Below are positions 11,624-23,589 of a DNA stretch of 64,000 bases, in pieces; position 1 is the first letter of the stretch; each line of letters starts with the position of its first letter. Under the pieces are notes generated by a model. The model saw only the letters and a program-made list of their open reading frames with translations. It was not told where the DNA came from and searched no databases. Location of the stretch: assembly GCF_024521635.1 (NCBI RefSeq), contig NW_026250414.1, forward strand, positions 1-64,000, in the 5' to 3' direction. The position numbers were made by a program, and so were the translations under genes. The stretch is from Tricharina praecox (taxonomy: Eukaryota).

Positions 11624-12064
11624 TAGCCAGGAAGAGAGTAGTAATAATGCATAGCTATTGTGGGGAGCTTATATTTTACGGGGACGTTGATCCAGTTATT
11701 TTTTTGTATGGACAAGGTTGATCCACATTATTACGCGCAGCAGTATCAATAAGAATACAAGAGAGAGAACATCATTAATTGATTGTCGTTTGCAGCATTA
11801 TTAGACTATACAACGTAAGACTTCCGCGGAGAGTAACAGTGCCTACCTCATGTATGCTCCTTTCTGCACGTAGAGGCATAATGGCCTATGCCTATGCATG
11901 TTGAGCAGCGGGGTGAGGCACGATCTGGGATATCTATTTCATCAGGCGGCCCGATGCGGCTTTCCCTGCTCCCCCTATGTTGAAGCTACTGTCGACGCAC
12001 ATGCACATGGTCTCACTCACCTATCGAGTGATGCAGCGTGACGAGACACATGTGACACATGAGG

Positions 12065-12330
12065 CTGTGGGGGAGAGAGGCGAGGGGGCCGCAGGAGGAG
12101 CGGGCATGTAGGCCCATACCGGTCTATACTGTCAATTTACGTTTTGCTTTCTACTTGCGTCGATCCGAGGCGAATGGGCAGGGGAGGTGGGTCACCGCAT
12201 CGGACTGGTCGGTGCTGGGGCTTTCACCTCGACTCGCTATGGGGGGCAGGAAAAGGAGTTCGTTGGTTCGCCATAGTCTAGATAGGCTGCATGCGGGAAA
12301 AAAAACAGGAAGATCTCTCTCTCTCTCTCC
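12065..12330 (+). mobile_element. LINE subfamily A 3' end with (CT)n tail
   Basis: Matches 4568-4675 and the reverse complement of 47404-47660; ends in GGAAGATCTCTCTCTCTCTCTCC. Confidence 0.75.
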
Positions 12331-12560
12331 CGAGGAAGAAGCACCTTCGCCCCAAGAAGGCCAGCCCCAAGAAGGCCAACCCCTCGGCCAATTGGGGCGA
12401 AGGCTACCAAGACCCCGCTCGCCAAGGTACGTAACATCTATTCATGCTGCTCCATCTTTGTATCTATATCTCTAACCATCCCCAGAGAGCCACCGCCACC
12501 GCCACCGGGGCCGCCGTCAAGGAACCGTCCAAGGCGATCACGTAGAGAGGCACCTCTAGT
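12331..12560 (+). pseudogene. 3' half of the small basic-protein gene
   Basis: Colinear with 33615-33850 (RPKKASPKKANPS, GTACGT..CTAAC..CAG intron). Starts with CGAGGAAGAAG, the same 11-mer that ends the 5' half at 1619-1629. Confidence 0.6.
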
Positions 12561-12899
12561 AGCAAGCTAGCAGCCCGCGACTGACGGCCCTTGGGATCGA
12601 ACTTTTATCCGCCATTCCACTCCACTATCATACACACCGTACAGCCTAGAGTCCAGCTGCACTGCGGCGAAGAATGTTGAGAGAGTGGCGGTCGGCGAGT
12701 AGAAGAGAGAAACATGGATCATACATCGGGAGTATGGGTTAGGGATGGACCTGCTGATGGAATACAAGGATAGCGTTTGGAGAGGAGAGCAAGAGGCTCG
12801 TCTTGCAGACATCACCGATTTTGTAAAGAAATGGGTGTCACGGGGTATCACGACTGACAAAAATTGCAACTAAAAAGACAGAAACAGGTAGACAGGCCC

Positions 12900-13160
12900 A
12901 TTGCCACGGGAAAGATTGTGAAGAGACGGGAACAAGAAGAAATATATGAAAAAACAAAGGACGAAAGAAGAAAAAACACACAAATGCCACCACCCATTGC
13001 CTCAACTCATCGGAACCTTGCGCTATAACATCGCCACGGGAAAGATGGTGGAGAGATGGGTAAAACAAATAACATGAAGAAACAAAGGACGAAACAAAAA
13101 AAACAAAAACACACAAACGCCACCCCTCATTCCCTCAACTCATCAGAACCTAGCGCGAAA
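12900..13160. repeat. Diverged tandem duplication of about 130 bp
   Basis: Two units GCCACGGGAAAGAT..ACAAAGGACGAAA..CCTCAACTCATC(G/A)GAACCT. Confidence 0.75.
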
Positions 13161-13245
13161 CCTCTCGTAAAGACAGGAAAACAAGAGATAGTGACTTTAA
13201 CTGCCAACAGGTCCGCACTCTCCGATGTATTGTAGTGTAGATCCA

Positions 13246-14992
13246 TCAAGCGCGAGCCTTCTGAATCTGTTCGACAAACTCCCGAAGGGCGCGCTTACCA
13301 AGCTTTGACTCAAGCTGGACCCTTAATAAGCCCTCCGACTTCTGGTTGATCTTGTAAAGCAAGCCACGCGTTGGGCGGGACCAGTCGTAAGCCTTCCAAG
13401 GCGATTCGGCGAATTCTCCCTGCTCTCTCATCTTTTCCCCCTGAAGAACCTGCACTCTCGACTTGAAGACCTCAAGGAAAAGGCCGTTCTCGTTTTGGAG
13501 ATCCCAACCCCACCTGAAGTAGTGCACGTCCCTGATGCTCATGGAAAGCTGACCGAGGTTCGGGATGTAGAGGCAAAGCAGGTTATCCTCGGTAAGCCTG
13601 ATAGTGAGTGGCAGGAGGAACTCCTGCTGGTAGGGTTGAGGACTGTCAATCACCGTAACTTCTCCATCGTCGTAGAGGATCGCTTTGCGAAGTTTGAGAA
13701 CGAGAGGGTTCGTATTGACGTTGTTGATCGGCTCCGGTGGAGACACTGACGGGAAGCGACAAAGCGTCGCAGGTGACATCCTGTCGGGGTCCATCTGCTC
13801 GGCCGTTACACTTCTGCTCATAGGGTGGTCAGCGTGAGGAGAAGGCTTGCGTCGACCGCCTTCGTCATAAACATTCCGGGCTCGCTTGTTGACGGTCGCG
13901 CCCGTATCGTGAGCGTTGCCTTCGGTGGGAGCATGCCGCTTCACTCCAATGTTGCTGGTATTGATCTCCTGACCCGGCTTCTCTTGCTTTTCCCTCAGCT
14001 CGGCATCCTGGCCATGAGCTCCAACTTGGAACGGGTTCCCCATGCGAGGCCTAATCACGACGTCAGGGTAGGGTGGAATACCGATTGGTTGTGGTGCGGG
14101 ACGTGCGGGCAGTGGGTGTTTTCCCTGCGCGTCTGGTTGAGTTCTCGACTGCAAAGAAGCAGCTTGGACTGCCGGTCTCTGAGGTAGCGGCATTGCATCG
14201 AGCGGCGAAGGTAAAACTGGCGTTGAGCTCGGACCCGGCACCAACTGCTGGGCCTTCCTTCTGCAGAACTTGAAAAGTGTCAGTATTGGACGTCATTCTG
14301 AATTTGCAAACACATGATTATTTTAAGGACATACCTCTTTGTGGAAGGAGCTCCACTTCTCCCACATGTCATCTGCTCTCCGCAGCTGACAAATAGCCTT
14401 CATAGAATGACGAACAACCCACTCACCCAACCGTCCGGATTTGGGCTTCATCACGGCAGACGAAATTCTACCTACACCAGGGCTTATAACGAACTCAATT
14501 TTCCCATATTTCTCATTGATCGTGACGTCCTTCAGCCCGTTAACCGCATACACAACCATTCGGGCCGTGCGTGATGGTCGGCCGGCGTAGATATAGTCGC
14601 CGAAAAAGGCGATGCTGATAAAGTCAGCGCCCTGGATGTTCGTCATTTCCAGCACGGGCTGGCTGAGCTGGAAAGTTCCTTCGGGGTGGAACTGAGCAGC
14701 TTCCGCTGCCCTAGGACCGTGGATGCTCTCGAATTCGAAACTGTACGACACGGGTACAGCCGAGCCCAGAGAAGATGCCGGGCCTCCAGATGGCCACGAG
14801 GGCAAACTATCCCTGGGCTGCTGAAGGTCAGAGACGTCCTCCAATGAGAAATGGTTTAGGTGGCGAGGATGGATGATGGAACAGGCTTACCTCGCTTTGC
14901 TGTTCCGGAACCGAGGAGACCATTTTGTCTCCCTTCTCTTCGAGATCCTGTGCTGATAGAGGCGAGCGGTTGCAGCGTGGCGCTGTAATCAT
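13246..14992 (-). CDS. Hypothetical protein, three exons
   Basis: ORFs 14828-15364 (from MITAPR), 14323-14844 and 13246-14244 join in frame through GTAAGC..AG and GTATGT..CTGAC..AAG introns (EQQSE|DVSDL; FHKE|FCRRK). Confidence 0.65.
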
Positions 14993-16316
14993 CTTGGTAG
15001 ATGGTTGAAGTGGCACGGCCGTAGGAAGGATCACTTTCCGCAAGTGATGAGGAGAAGGGGCAGCAGACTCGTCAAGCAGGAGTGCTTTCGGAAGGATGAG
15101 TGCAGTGGGGCATTGGGAGGATTGGACGGGGGCGGGGCGGGACTGACGAAGGATTATGGGGGAGACCAAGTACCAGGCAGATGTCAGTGAAAGCGAGTGT
15201 GAATGGCAGAGAGTCGTAGGTGGGGGAGGGGGGGGAGGGGCAGACTTTATAGCAGAGGGGGTGATGGGAAGACTGCAGTGACAAGGATCAATTGTTTGTG
15301 GACAGTCGTAGCTTGGTGGGCTGTTGCCTTCTGTTCCGTTCGAACGAGCCAGCTTGAACGTCACGCAATGCGGCCTTTTCTACGGGCTTGCAGGGAGAAG
15401 AAGGTGGTGATGGTTGTGTTCGCTCGCAAACATCGACAGCACGGAACATGCAGGGGGGGGAAAGCTACATGTACCTGGTGTGTATACTGATTATGGTCAT
15501 CGGACAGACCGATCAAGTCCTCTCTGCTCCTCAAGTGCGTGCTCGTCACCGGTACTGGCGGTACGATCGAAGCAGCGTTCCTCCGATTTTTTGTCCAGGT
15601 CGCATATGGTCGCATCGGGTGCGGGCTTGATGGTAATTCCCAGGTGCGTCTAGCCTTTGTCTACATCTGAGAGACTCTCCAAGAGTGTTTGACGAGCCTT
15701 GTCGGCTTGGTCGACCCGGCATCGAGGGCGAATCGACCTCTGTACGCAGCTGAAAATATAAAAAAATAAAACTGGCTCAGAGGATTTCTAGGAAATAAGG
15801 ATAGAGCAGACGAAGACGCTGGGAGGCTCTCCTGCAGCTACACGTCATCATGGACAAGGTGCGTCGAGAATGATGATAGGCCTGCTGGTCGACGATCACG
15901 ACGACGATGAAGAAGCTCACATCCACTGCAGGCAAGGGATGCGGTACGAAAACAAACCGGATCAGTGCAGCTACCTACCCTCATGACGGGATCGAAGTTT
16001 GCTGGGCCACCTGTGTTGTAACATCACCGAAAGAATGTTCCTGAAGGCGGCCCAGTGGATACAGACCCGCATGAGAAAGCACCTGGCCCATGGTTGGGAC
16101 TGCTTGCGAGTGCAGGCAGATCGTGTTTACATGATTGTTTGCAGAATGTAGTGGGCGGAAACAGATGGGTACAATGATCGGAAAAATAAAAGAAGGAAAT
16201 CATTTATTGGCGCTGATGAAATTTCGAAAAAGAAACATCTCATACACCAAGGCCCGCAACTCCCAAGATCCCAACGACACCTCATCTCACCCCTCCATCG
16301 TGGCCACTTCCCGTCT

Positions 16317-16568
16317 TCAGTCCATGTCGGCATCATCCTCAAACAACGCAAACACCGTAGCTAGCCACATGCCACCAGCCCCCACGCCGAGGCACCCAAG
16401 ACCGAAGACGTTCACCCAGAAGTCGTCCATAGCAGTGCGCTTCGGATTGGTGTGGACGTGCGAGAGCAGCTCGACCAGGAGCTTCGTAAGGCTGGGAAGT
16501 AGGTAGTAGCCACCGACGACCAGGCTCGAGAAGAAGACGAGCGGCTCGAGCTGGTTCCTGTCTGGCAT
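16317..16568 (-). CDS. Possible small protein with two hydrophobic segments
   Basis: 83-aa ATG ORF with two hydrophobic stretches and an upstream TATAAATA; no homology recognised. Confidence 0.3.
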   Translation of the reverse strand: MPDRNQLEPLVFFSSLVVGGYYLLPSLTKLLVELLSHVHTNPKRTAMDDFWVNVFGLGCLGVGAGGMWLATVFALFEDDADMD

Positions 16569-17436
16569 GGCTAGATGGAATGTTAGTAGAGGAGGTGACG
16601 GAGGAGTGACGATTGCTGTAGGTGGAGAAGGAGGCGTACCGATCGGTTGTTTGGAGACTTGGGTGCGCAGTGGGTAGAGAATACGATGTGTAGGTCGTAG
16701 TATGTGGCGGGCGATGTACGGTGTACGGTGTGTATGTCGTATGCAATGAGCATTGTATTTATAGTGCAGGAGGTTTGTTTTGCTCTCGGTGTGTGCAGTT
16801 GTAGAAGACAGAGTGGTGCTATGGCGACAGACTCGTCCGCATTCGGCCGATTCGCGTCACCGTCCAGTTTTCGATGGGTTGCGTGCTTATATGAGTATTC
16901 CGACGGTCCGCCTTGGACGGGCTGCGTACTAGCATGAGTACGAAATACTCATGGCTGTATCCGAGGAAGTGTTTCGCAGGCCTCTGACAATTGGATGGCC
17001 CGGTCTTTACACTACTCTACTCGTACCTGCTGATTTTTTCACGCCCACAAAGCTCTTCGTAGATGAAAACGAATCACCTACTCCCGTACAGAGATGAAGG
17101 GTGCTGATCGATCTATAATAGAGCAAGAATAGATCTATTTCTGTTCGAATCTTCAGTGTCGTATCGTGGGAATGGAAGACATGACGTTGATAACCCCTAA
17201 CCCCAGACGAGAGTGAGAACTTATGACAGTGTTATTACGCACACGTGACTACGACCAGGTATCATGTCCTATCTCGGATGTTCGATTACCATCTCTATCT
17301 CCTAGATCGAATACGGATGAGTTACATGAAGTGATCCACTCTTCGCATCCCCACCACCACGCCTCCACCACCACGCCTCCACTTTTCCCATCCCCACCAC
17401 GCCCTCACCAATAGGCGCACCCGCCCGTCCACCATC

Positions 17437-18054
17437 ATGCCCAGCTTCCTGCACCTCCCCATCGAGCTTATCATCCAAATCACGACCTACATATCCAGTT
17501 TCAAGACTCTCGCGGCGCTTATATGTACGCACAGCTACTTCTCCACCCACCTCACCGAGCGGCTCTACCTCCTCGCGTTATCCGAAATCCGCGCGATCAT
17601 TCCCACTTACCGTCGCCCGATCCGGCTGCAGACACTTTCGCACCTCCCGCAATCGCCCATCTTCCTAATACCCGGTAATGGGCGCGCCTCGATCCCTGGT
17701 TGGGCGATCCTCTACGGGCCTGACACACTCATGCGGCGACTTCTCAGGACCGAGGGTGGACTCTCGCCGAGAGCGCTATTCACCCACTGGTGGGCTGGCA
17801 TGCACCACGTCCCGATCCTCAGCGTCGCGGTGATACATTTGCGTCTCGAGGTGGCAGCCGTGCTGCTGGAGGCGGGAGCCCGGCCGAGTATGCGTGAATC
17901 GGTCATGTGGGCTCCGCTTAGGTATGCTAGTACGGAGGTGGAGCATGTCAAGTGGAACAGGATAGTAGTGTTGGAGAATCAAATAAGAAACTGGACTGAA
18001 GAGGAGGTGGAGATGGGGAGGTTGTTGGTTACTTACAATGCGATCGGGAGGTAG
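17437..18054 (+). CDS. F-box protein with ankyrin-like repeat
   Basis: N-terminal FLHLPIELIIQITTYI..LAALICT (F-box-like); PILSVAVIHLRLEVAAVLLEAGA (ankyrin-like). Confidence 0.7.
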   Translation: MPSFLHLPIELIIQITTYISSFKTLAALICTHSYFSTHLTERLYLLALSEIRAIIPTYRRPIRLQTLSHLPQSPIFLIPGNGRASIPGWAILYGPDTLMRRLLRTEGGLSPRALFTHWWAGMHHVPILSVAVIHLRLEVAAVLLEAGARPSMRESVMWAPLRYASTEVEHVKWNRIVVLENQIRNWTEEEVEMGRLLVTYNAIGR

Positions 18055-19639
18055 GATTGTTGAACAGTGTCATGGGTACCGGAGAGACGGATTAGCCGGC
18101 TGTGGAGGCTAGGTATATGCTGTACAGTGACGAGTTTGAGTTGGAGATGATAACTCAAGCGATCGTGTTGTGTGTATGAGCACGTAATTATCAATTCAAT
18201 GTACGACAAACCGTCCTGAGGAACCGTGACGCGCCCGAGATACGTATGATACTTGTCTTCACACTAGATTGGATGATACATAGGCGTCCCCAACCATATA
18301 TCCGAGATCTAGTGGCGCACCTTATTCCACCGTCACTCAAATACCTGTCTTCTGGTTCGCCGCTCATCGTGTTTTACAAGCCTACTTTGCACATGGATAT
18401 ACTGCCACGCCCGACTCAAGACAAAGTGTGGAGTGAAAAGGTGGTCCCTGTAACTAACAGTCGGAAGGGCCCTTAAGGAGCACCGGTGACGTCACGTGAG
18501 TATTACGTCACAATATCCGAAACAGACTGGTCGGTGGGTAGGTCTCATCCTCCGAATCCTAAGTTCCTAACAATAGCCTCTCTCGTGTCTCCCACATGTC
18601 CCTCACGTTTGCGTCATGTGCCCCTCACGTGCCTGTCGTGTGCCTTTCATGTGAATATCCCGTACCCATCCCGTGCCCATCATGAGCCGGTCATATGGCC
18701 TTCACGTGACGACTCTTCTCCTAGGTTCCCTCTCTCGTAACGGCACGCAATACACCTACACGCAACCACCTCCCACACCACGTGAGTCCCATCGCAACAC
18801 TCCACCTCCCTCAACATAGTCAATCAACCCAACTATTATGATTCGCATCTTTCCCTAGACGTACCTTATTCCATCCGATCCGACCCTCCGACAGCGCGCA
18901 AAGTACCTGCAGCCTTCTCGGCTTATTTGCAACCTTCCTCGAGCGTCGACCGACTATTAAATCCGGCTGGATCTTGCCCCGAGGGGATATAGATCCTTTA
19001 GAATACTGGAGGCTGGTATCAGTGCGCCGGTGACGGACCACGGTAGTTGCCATACTGCAGCAGAAATCCAGACTGCGCACGAGGCTCCTCCTGCTGTGTA
19101 CTTCCGCGTGGATCCGCGCGATGGCTAATGAGCTCCAGGCTGGATGCGAAGAAGACCGTGACTACCGTCCACCACGTGCTTGAGTACGCTGAACCGGGGA
19201 ACAAACCAGCACGAACACCGGCGTGCAAGCTGCGGTTCCTGCCCACGAACGACGAATTCACGGCCAGCTCCTGCCACTCGCGATTCTCATTGCCCTCACT
19301 TACAACGGAGATCTCTCGACGTTGGGTTCTTCGACATTCCTAACGCTGATTTAGGTAGTAAAGCGCACTCCTCCTGCCGGAGTATCGGGCCTTGATTGAG
19401 GAAGGAGAAGGTGGCACCGTCGCTGCCATCCACGGCACGGGACATCAAGAGAGATCGCCTCTTACAGGAACATTAAATTGCCCGTACTGCTTGCCACAGT
19501 CTGGTACTAGAGTACGTCCTACCTGTGGTTCTGTCCTACTCGCTGTGCTATAAGTGTAATTAACGTCCAAATGGCTGAGCAGTAGATCGAACCACCTACT
19601 TGACATTTCCCTTCACCGAGCTGCTTTCTGTGATACTCA

Positions 19640-20370
19640 TACCTGTCCGATCGGTATAAGACGAGCGCACCAAGGAAATACACTAGGAAAATACATCTTA
19701 CGTTTCCTCTCCTTCCTCCGCCTCGCCTCCTGCCTTTTCAACGAGAAATGCCACGAAGGAGGGTGCGGGACGGAACACCGGAAGTGATCCTGGCTCCCCA
19801 ACCTCAGTACCCTCTTCTCCTCTCGCCACAGCCCCGCTTCCCTTTCTGCCAGCTCCCTGAGTTCCAACTCGGACACCTCACTTGCTACATCTTCCTCAGC
19901 GGCTTCTAGGATTCGTTTGCCCAGATCATCGGTGTAGGATAGGAAGTCTACGATAGCCTGGCGGCATCACTCGTCGGCTGATAGGACGCGGATATCAAGA
20001 CGATCTTTTCCTTCCCCGTCTCCTTCCGAACCTCTGCCGACAGTGTTTTCTACTGACTTTTACATCTCGACAGGACTTGAGCAGGTGCTCGCGGGTCGCG
20101 GTTTTGTACCTGCACCATCTGTAGCGGTCGTCTGGGCAGCTCTTCGCCCACTGGAGGTACTGGCCAGTGGCGCAGTGCCCTGTCTTCAGCTGGTAGAACC
20201 TTGCGGCTAGGCGCTTGGGGGCAATGGCTAGGATCGGGATTCGGGTCCGGTTGCTGGCCAGATTTTCGGCTATAGCCTATACCGGTACTTCTTGTTTGTG
20301 ACTTCGGCGTCAGTCCATGCGTTGGCTTCTTTCCACCTGGATTCTGTGATCCCGTGCATCCGGTAGGCAA
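19640..20370 (-). mobile_element. LINE subfamily B fragment
   Basis: RFYQLKTGHCATGQYLQWAK..WCRYKTATREHLLKSC..SQ*KTLSAEVRKETG..CRQAIVDFL..SEVSELELRE, with stops and frameshifts. Confidence 0.75.
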
Positions 20371-21397
20371 GCGATGGAGGTGGTAGTGTCCGGGTGCCGT
20401 ACTCGTTCAGCTAGCGAGGGGCCTCCAGTCCGCGAGCAGTGGGGTCGTGGGCAGCCAGCTTGATGAGATAGCAAAGAACCACCGCCGACCTGGGGGGCGC
20501 GGCTACATCCGAGCCTGGATACCGTAGATGGAGCGGGTAGGCGTTAGAGCTTGGGATATGGCCCTGCCATTGGAAGGAATTGCACCCCTGATCCTTCCCG
20601 TCTATGTAACTGAGTAAGTACGTGCCCGCTGGTTGATCCATCCGTATATCGTTTGCGATTCATCACCGTGTAAATAGAAACCGCCTTTCAAAGATGCTGA
20701 GAATGATAGGAGGATTGGTAGGAAGATAGAACTGTTTTGTTGCTAGCTTCTTCTCCTCTGGGTCGGTGCCCTTCTATAGATAAAGAATATGTCGGCTGTG
20801 GGAGACAGACCCGCCGGCGTGACCAGACACCAGAACACATCTCCCCCTCCGGATATAGTTCACATGAACGAGTCCTTGACTCACTCCGGATACAGTTCGT
20901 ATGACCGAGCCCTTGGCTCCTTCAAAAACAGTGCTTCTTGGAACTTCGCCATCACCCCACAGCAGCGATGAGGAGAGATCTTTCATGTACTCCGAGCGCC
21001 GTCATCTGACATGTATGTACTAGCTACTGTCACCTAGTTGTTCAGCGTGTGCGAGGACGCGGAGATGGGTCTCAGCTCCGGCTGCACCCGCAACCCCCGC
21101 TGGACCAGGCCGCACCAGCCGCGCCCTGCTTTCTTATAAAAGACTCTTCTCTCTCTCATCTCCGCTCTCTCTCCTCTCTCTCTCCTCAACACAGGCATCA
21201 ACATCGACATCAACGCCCGACAAACCCCTCGGTAGGTGTCCACCTACAACCATCCTCTCCCCACGAGGGCAGTTATACGCAGCCGCAGCCGCGGCACGAC
21301 ACGATGATATTTGCCGGCAACACGCCGGGCATCGTACCCAGCACAGCGGGAGGAATAATTTCCCCCCGCGCCGTCGAACACTTCCCCGATATCAACC

Positions 21398-22589
21398 ATG
21401 TCGAACCCCCCACTTCCCTCGACCCCAGCCGCACCCTTGACCGAGCCATCCCAAGAACCCACGACATCTGCCAGCTCGTCTACCGCACTCCCCTCGATAT
21501 CCACATGGAACTTCAGCCCACTGCTGTCCATCAGTGCCTTCGCCGCACCAGCCCCAGTTCCAATCTGGCCCGACGCCCCACGACGTTCGACATCACCCGC
21601 GCGCTTCACCACACCGCCGCCGAAACCAACCCTGACGCTCCTGGCGTTCGCCAATGAGATACTCTACAATATCCTCGAGTTTCTCGTCCCAGTCGACGTC
21701 AAAAACATCCGCTCGCATCCATTCGTAGCTCTCTCCAGCTCGTGCCGGCTCCTATACCACTTAATAGAGACTCGCTGTTTCCGCGTCCTCAGGAATGCAG
21801 CCGAAGATCCCAGGGTCCGTAACTCTCCCTTATAACCATTCAGGACGGCTCGAGACAACTGTTTCCGGAATGTACTTATCCGCTGGCTCGTAAGGCGGTG
21901 CAGATACTGCCTCATCCCGTAGTCGCGGCTTGCGGCGATGGACGAGAGCGTCTGCTGCTGCCGCCCCTGCGACAAGAGGCTGCACAAGCTGTACGACATG
22001 ACTGACGTTCGCTCGGCCGAAGAGATGTGGGGGGTGCGAGAGAGCGAGCTGCTCGAAAATCTCCCCCATGGGCCATGGCCCTCACGGTGATCTGAGGAGA
22101 TCCCTAGTGCAGGCCTACATCGAGCGAAAGTTCGGGTTCGACGCCGATCTCATCTGTGCGGCTAGAAGGGCCCAGATACTGGCCAGGCCGGTCGTTGCCA
22201 TGGACGCGAAAAATTCGGCGCAGAGCCGCGAGCAGGCGGCCAGGACGTTCTGGGCCGACATGCGCCAGGACTGGGATGTGGTGTACGCTCAAACGGGGTT
22301 GGTGCTTAAGCGGCCCACCGACGAGCTGCTGGACCTGACCGAGGCGAGCCTCTAGAAGGCCTTTCACGCCAAGGAGGCGAAAAGAAAGTGGTGCAGAATG
22401 CAGCGCGAGAATGTCGCCGCCATCGACGTCATACTGGAGATCGAGGAGAACGCGGATATGAGGTGCAAGTGGTACAATGAGGTCGCGGGGAATAATCCCG
22501 CTGTCATGCTTGGCAAGGTCAAGCATGAAGACGAGGTCCGGAAGTTGACGGACAAGTACGAGGAACGCCAGGCACGCAAGGGTGTTTGA
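21398..22589 (+). pseudogene. F-box protein with Cys-rich (CxxC..CCxxC) region, disrupted
   Basis: LLAFANEILYNILEFL F-box. The frame continues past TAA 21833 and TAG 21920 (RCRYC..CCCRPCD), shifts near 22067, and continues past TAG 22353 to TGA 22589. Confidence 0.6.
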
Positions 22590-23589
22590 TTTTCTCGGGT
22601 TTTTTTCACGGGGGTTTTAATTCCTTCAGAGTGCTCATGTCTTTGCCGTTATGTGGCCTGCCATCTTTTTGTTTGCGTTTAAAATCTATATCTTTTTCAT
22701 GTTCACTTAAACCTGTTTTTTTGTTTTTGCTGGCTCATGAAGTGAGCCGCATCTGTTTTGTCGTGGTCGAAGCTGATGCAGTTCTTGGCCGCCCATTCTA
22801 GAGATGCCTGCGCTACTTCCTCGAATTTCTCAGACTGTCTTCTTTGTCCTTACCTTCCGCCCACTATCTAGGCCAGTTTGTCTAGCAAGGAAGGGGCTTT
22901 GATTCCGCGACACTTCTTCTCCACTTCCTCAAAGATACCTGAAAGCTATATGAAGAAGAGCATTGATGTCTCGGGTGAGCCTTGGCGAACTCTGGTATCC
23001 ACGTGGTGAGAAAGCACTTCTTCTTCGTTCAAAACCAGCTTGCTCTCCATAGAACAGCGTACCAAAAATTGCCGTGTTGCGATTCTCATTCTGGTCTCGT
23101 TCTCGATGAAAAGCCATCGTCGTCACTCGTCCAATATATTGCACATTTGTCAGATTGGTCTTTTGCGCCTTTTGCGCCATCTCGAATGCGCCTCGAATGC
23201 GCCTCGACAATCTTGTTTACTCTCATACTTGCTTCTGTCTGGTATGTCTGGCTGATCATCCGCTGCTTCTGCGAATGAATCAAGCAACCGAATAATATCA
23301 ATCTCACTTGTATTCTCAACATGCCGTCGACATCGAAGGGCGAGTGAGATCCTGTGACACCTCCCCTGCGAAAGTTCGAGTGAGAGCCCTAGACCCCTCA
23401 CTCGCAAAACCGTGAGTGCGGGCATTGTTGAATATTGCCCTATCATCTTGCAAGTAGCGTCCCCCGCACGGACCAATTGAACTGTGAGTAGCTAGTGTAT
23501 TTTCAAAATAAAACCTCCGGATCGCGAGCGTCGAACTTTGCTTCACCGTGAATCCGAGATACCTTCCTCACCTTTACGACCCAAAGTCG

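Noticed and set aside
15840-16150. Possible decayed gene fragments here and at about 18.8-19.5 kb
   Set aside because: Intron-like signals are present, but I could not build a coherent frame or recognise any homology.
5854-22589. Stop-codon reassignment (TAR=Gln) or A-to-I stop correction as explanation for in-frame stops
   Set aside because: Conserved genes here (SDH5, MSH5, NmrA-like, Lsb1-like) terminate normally at TAG/TAA. Stops in the repeat replace Gln rather than Trp, and frameshifts co-occur.
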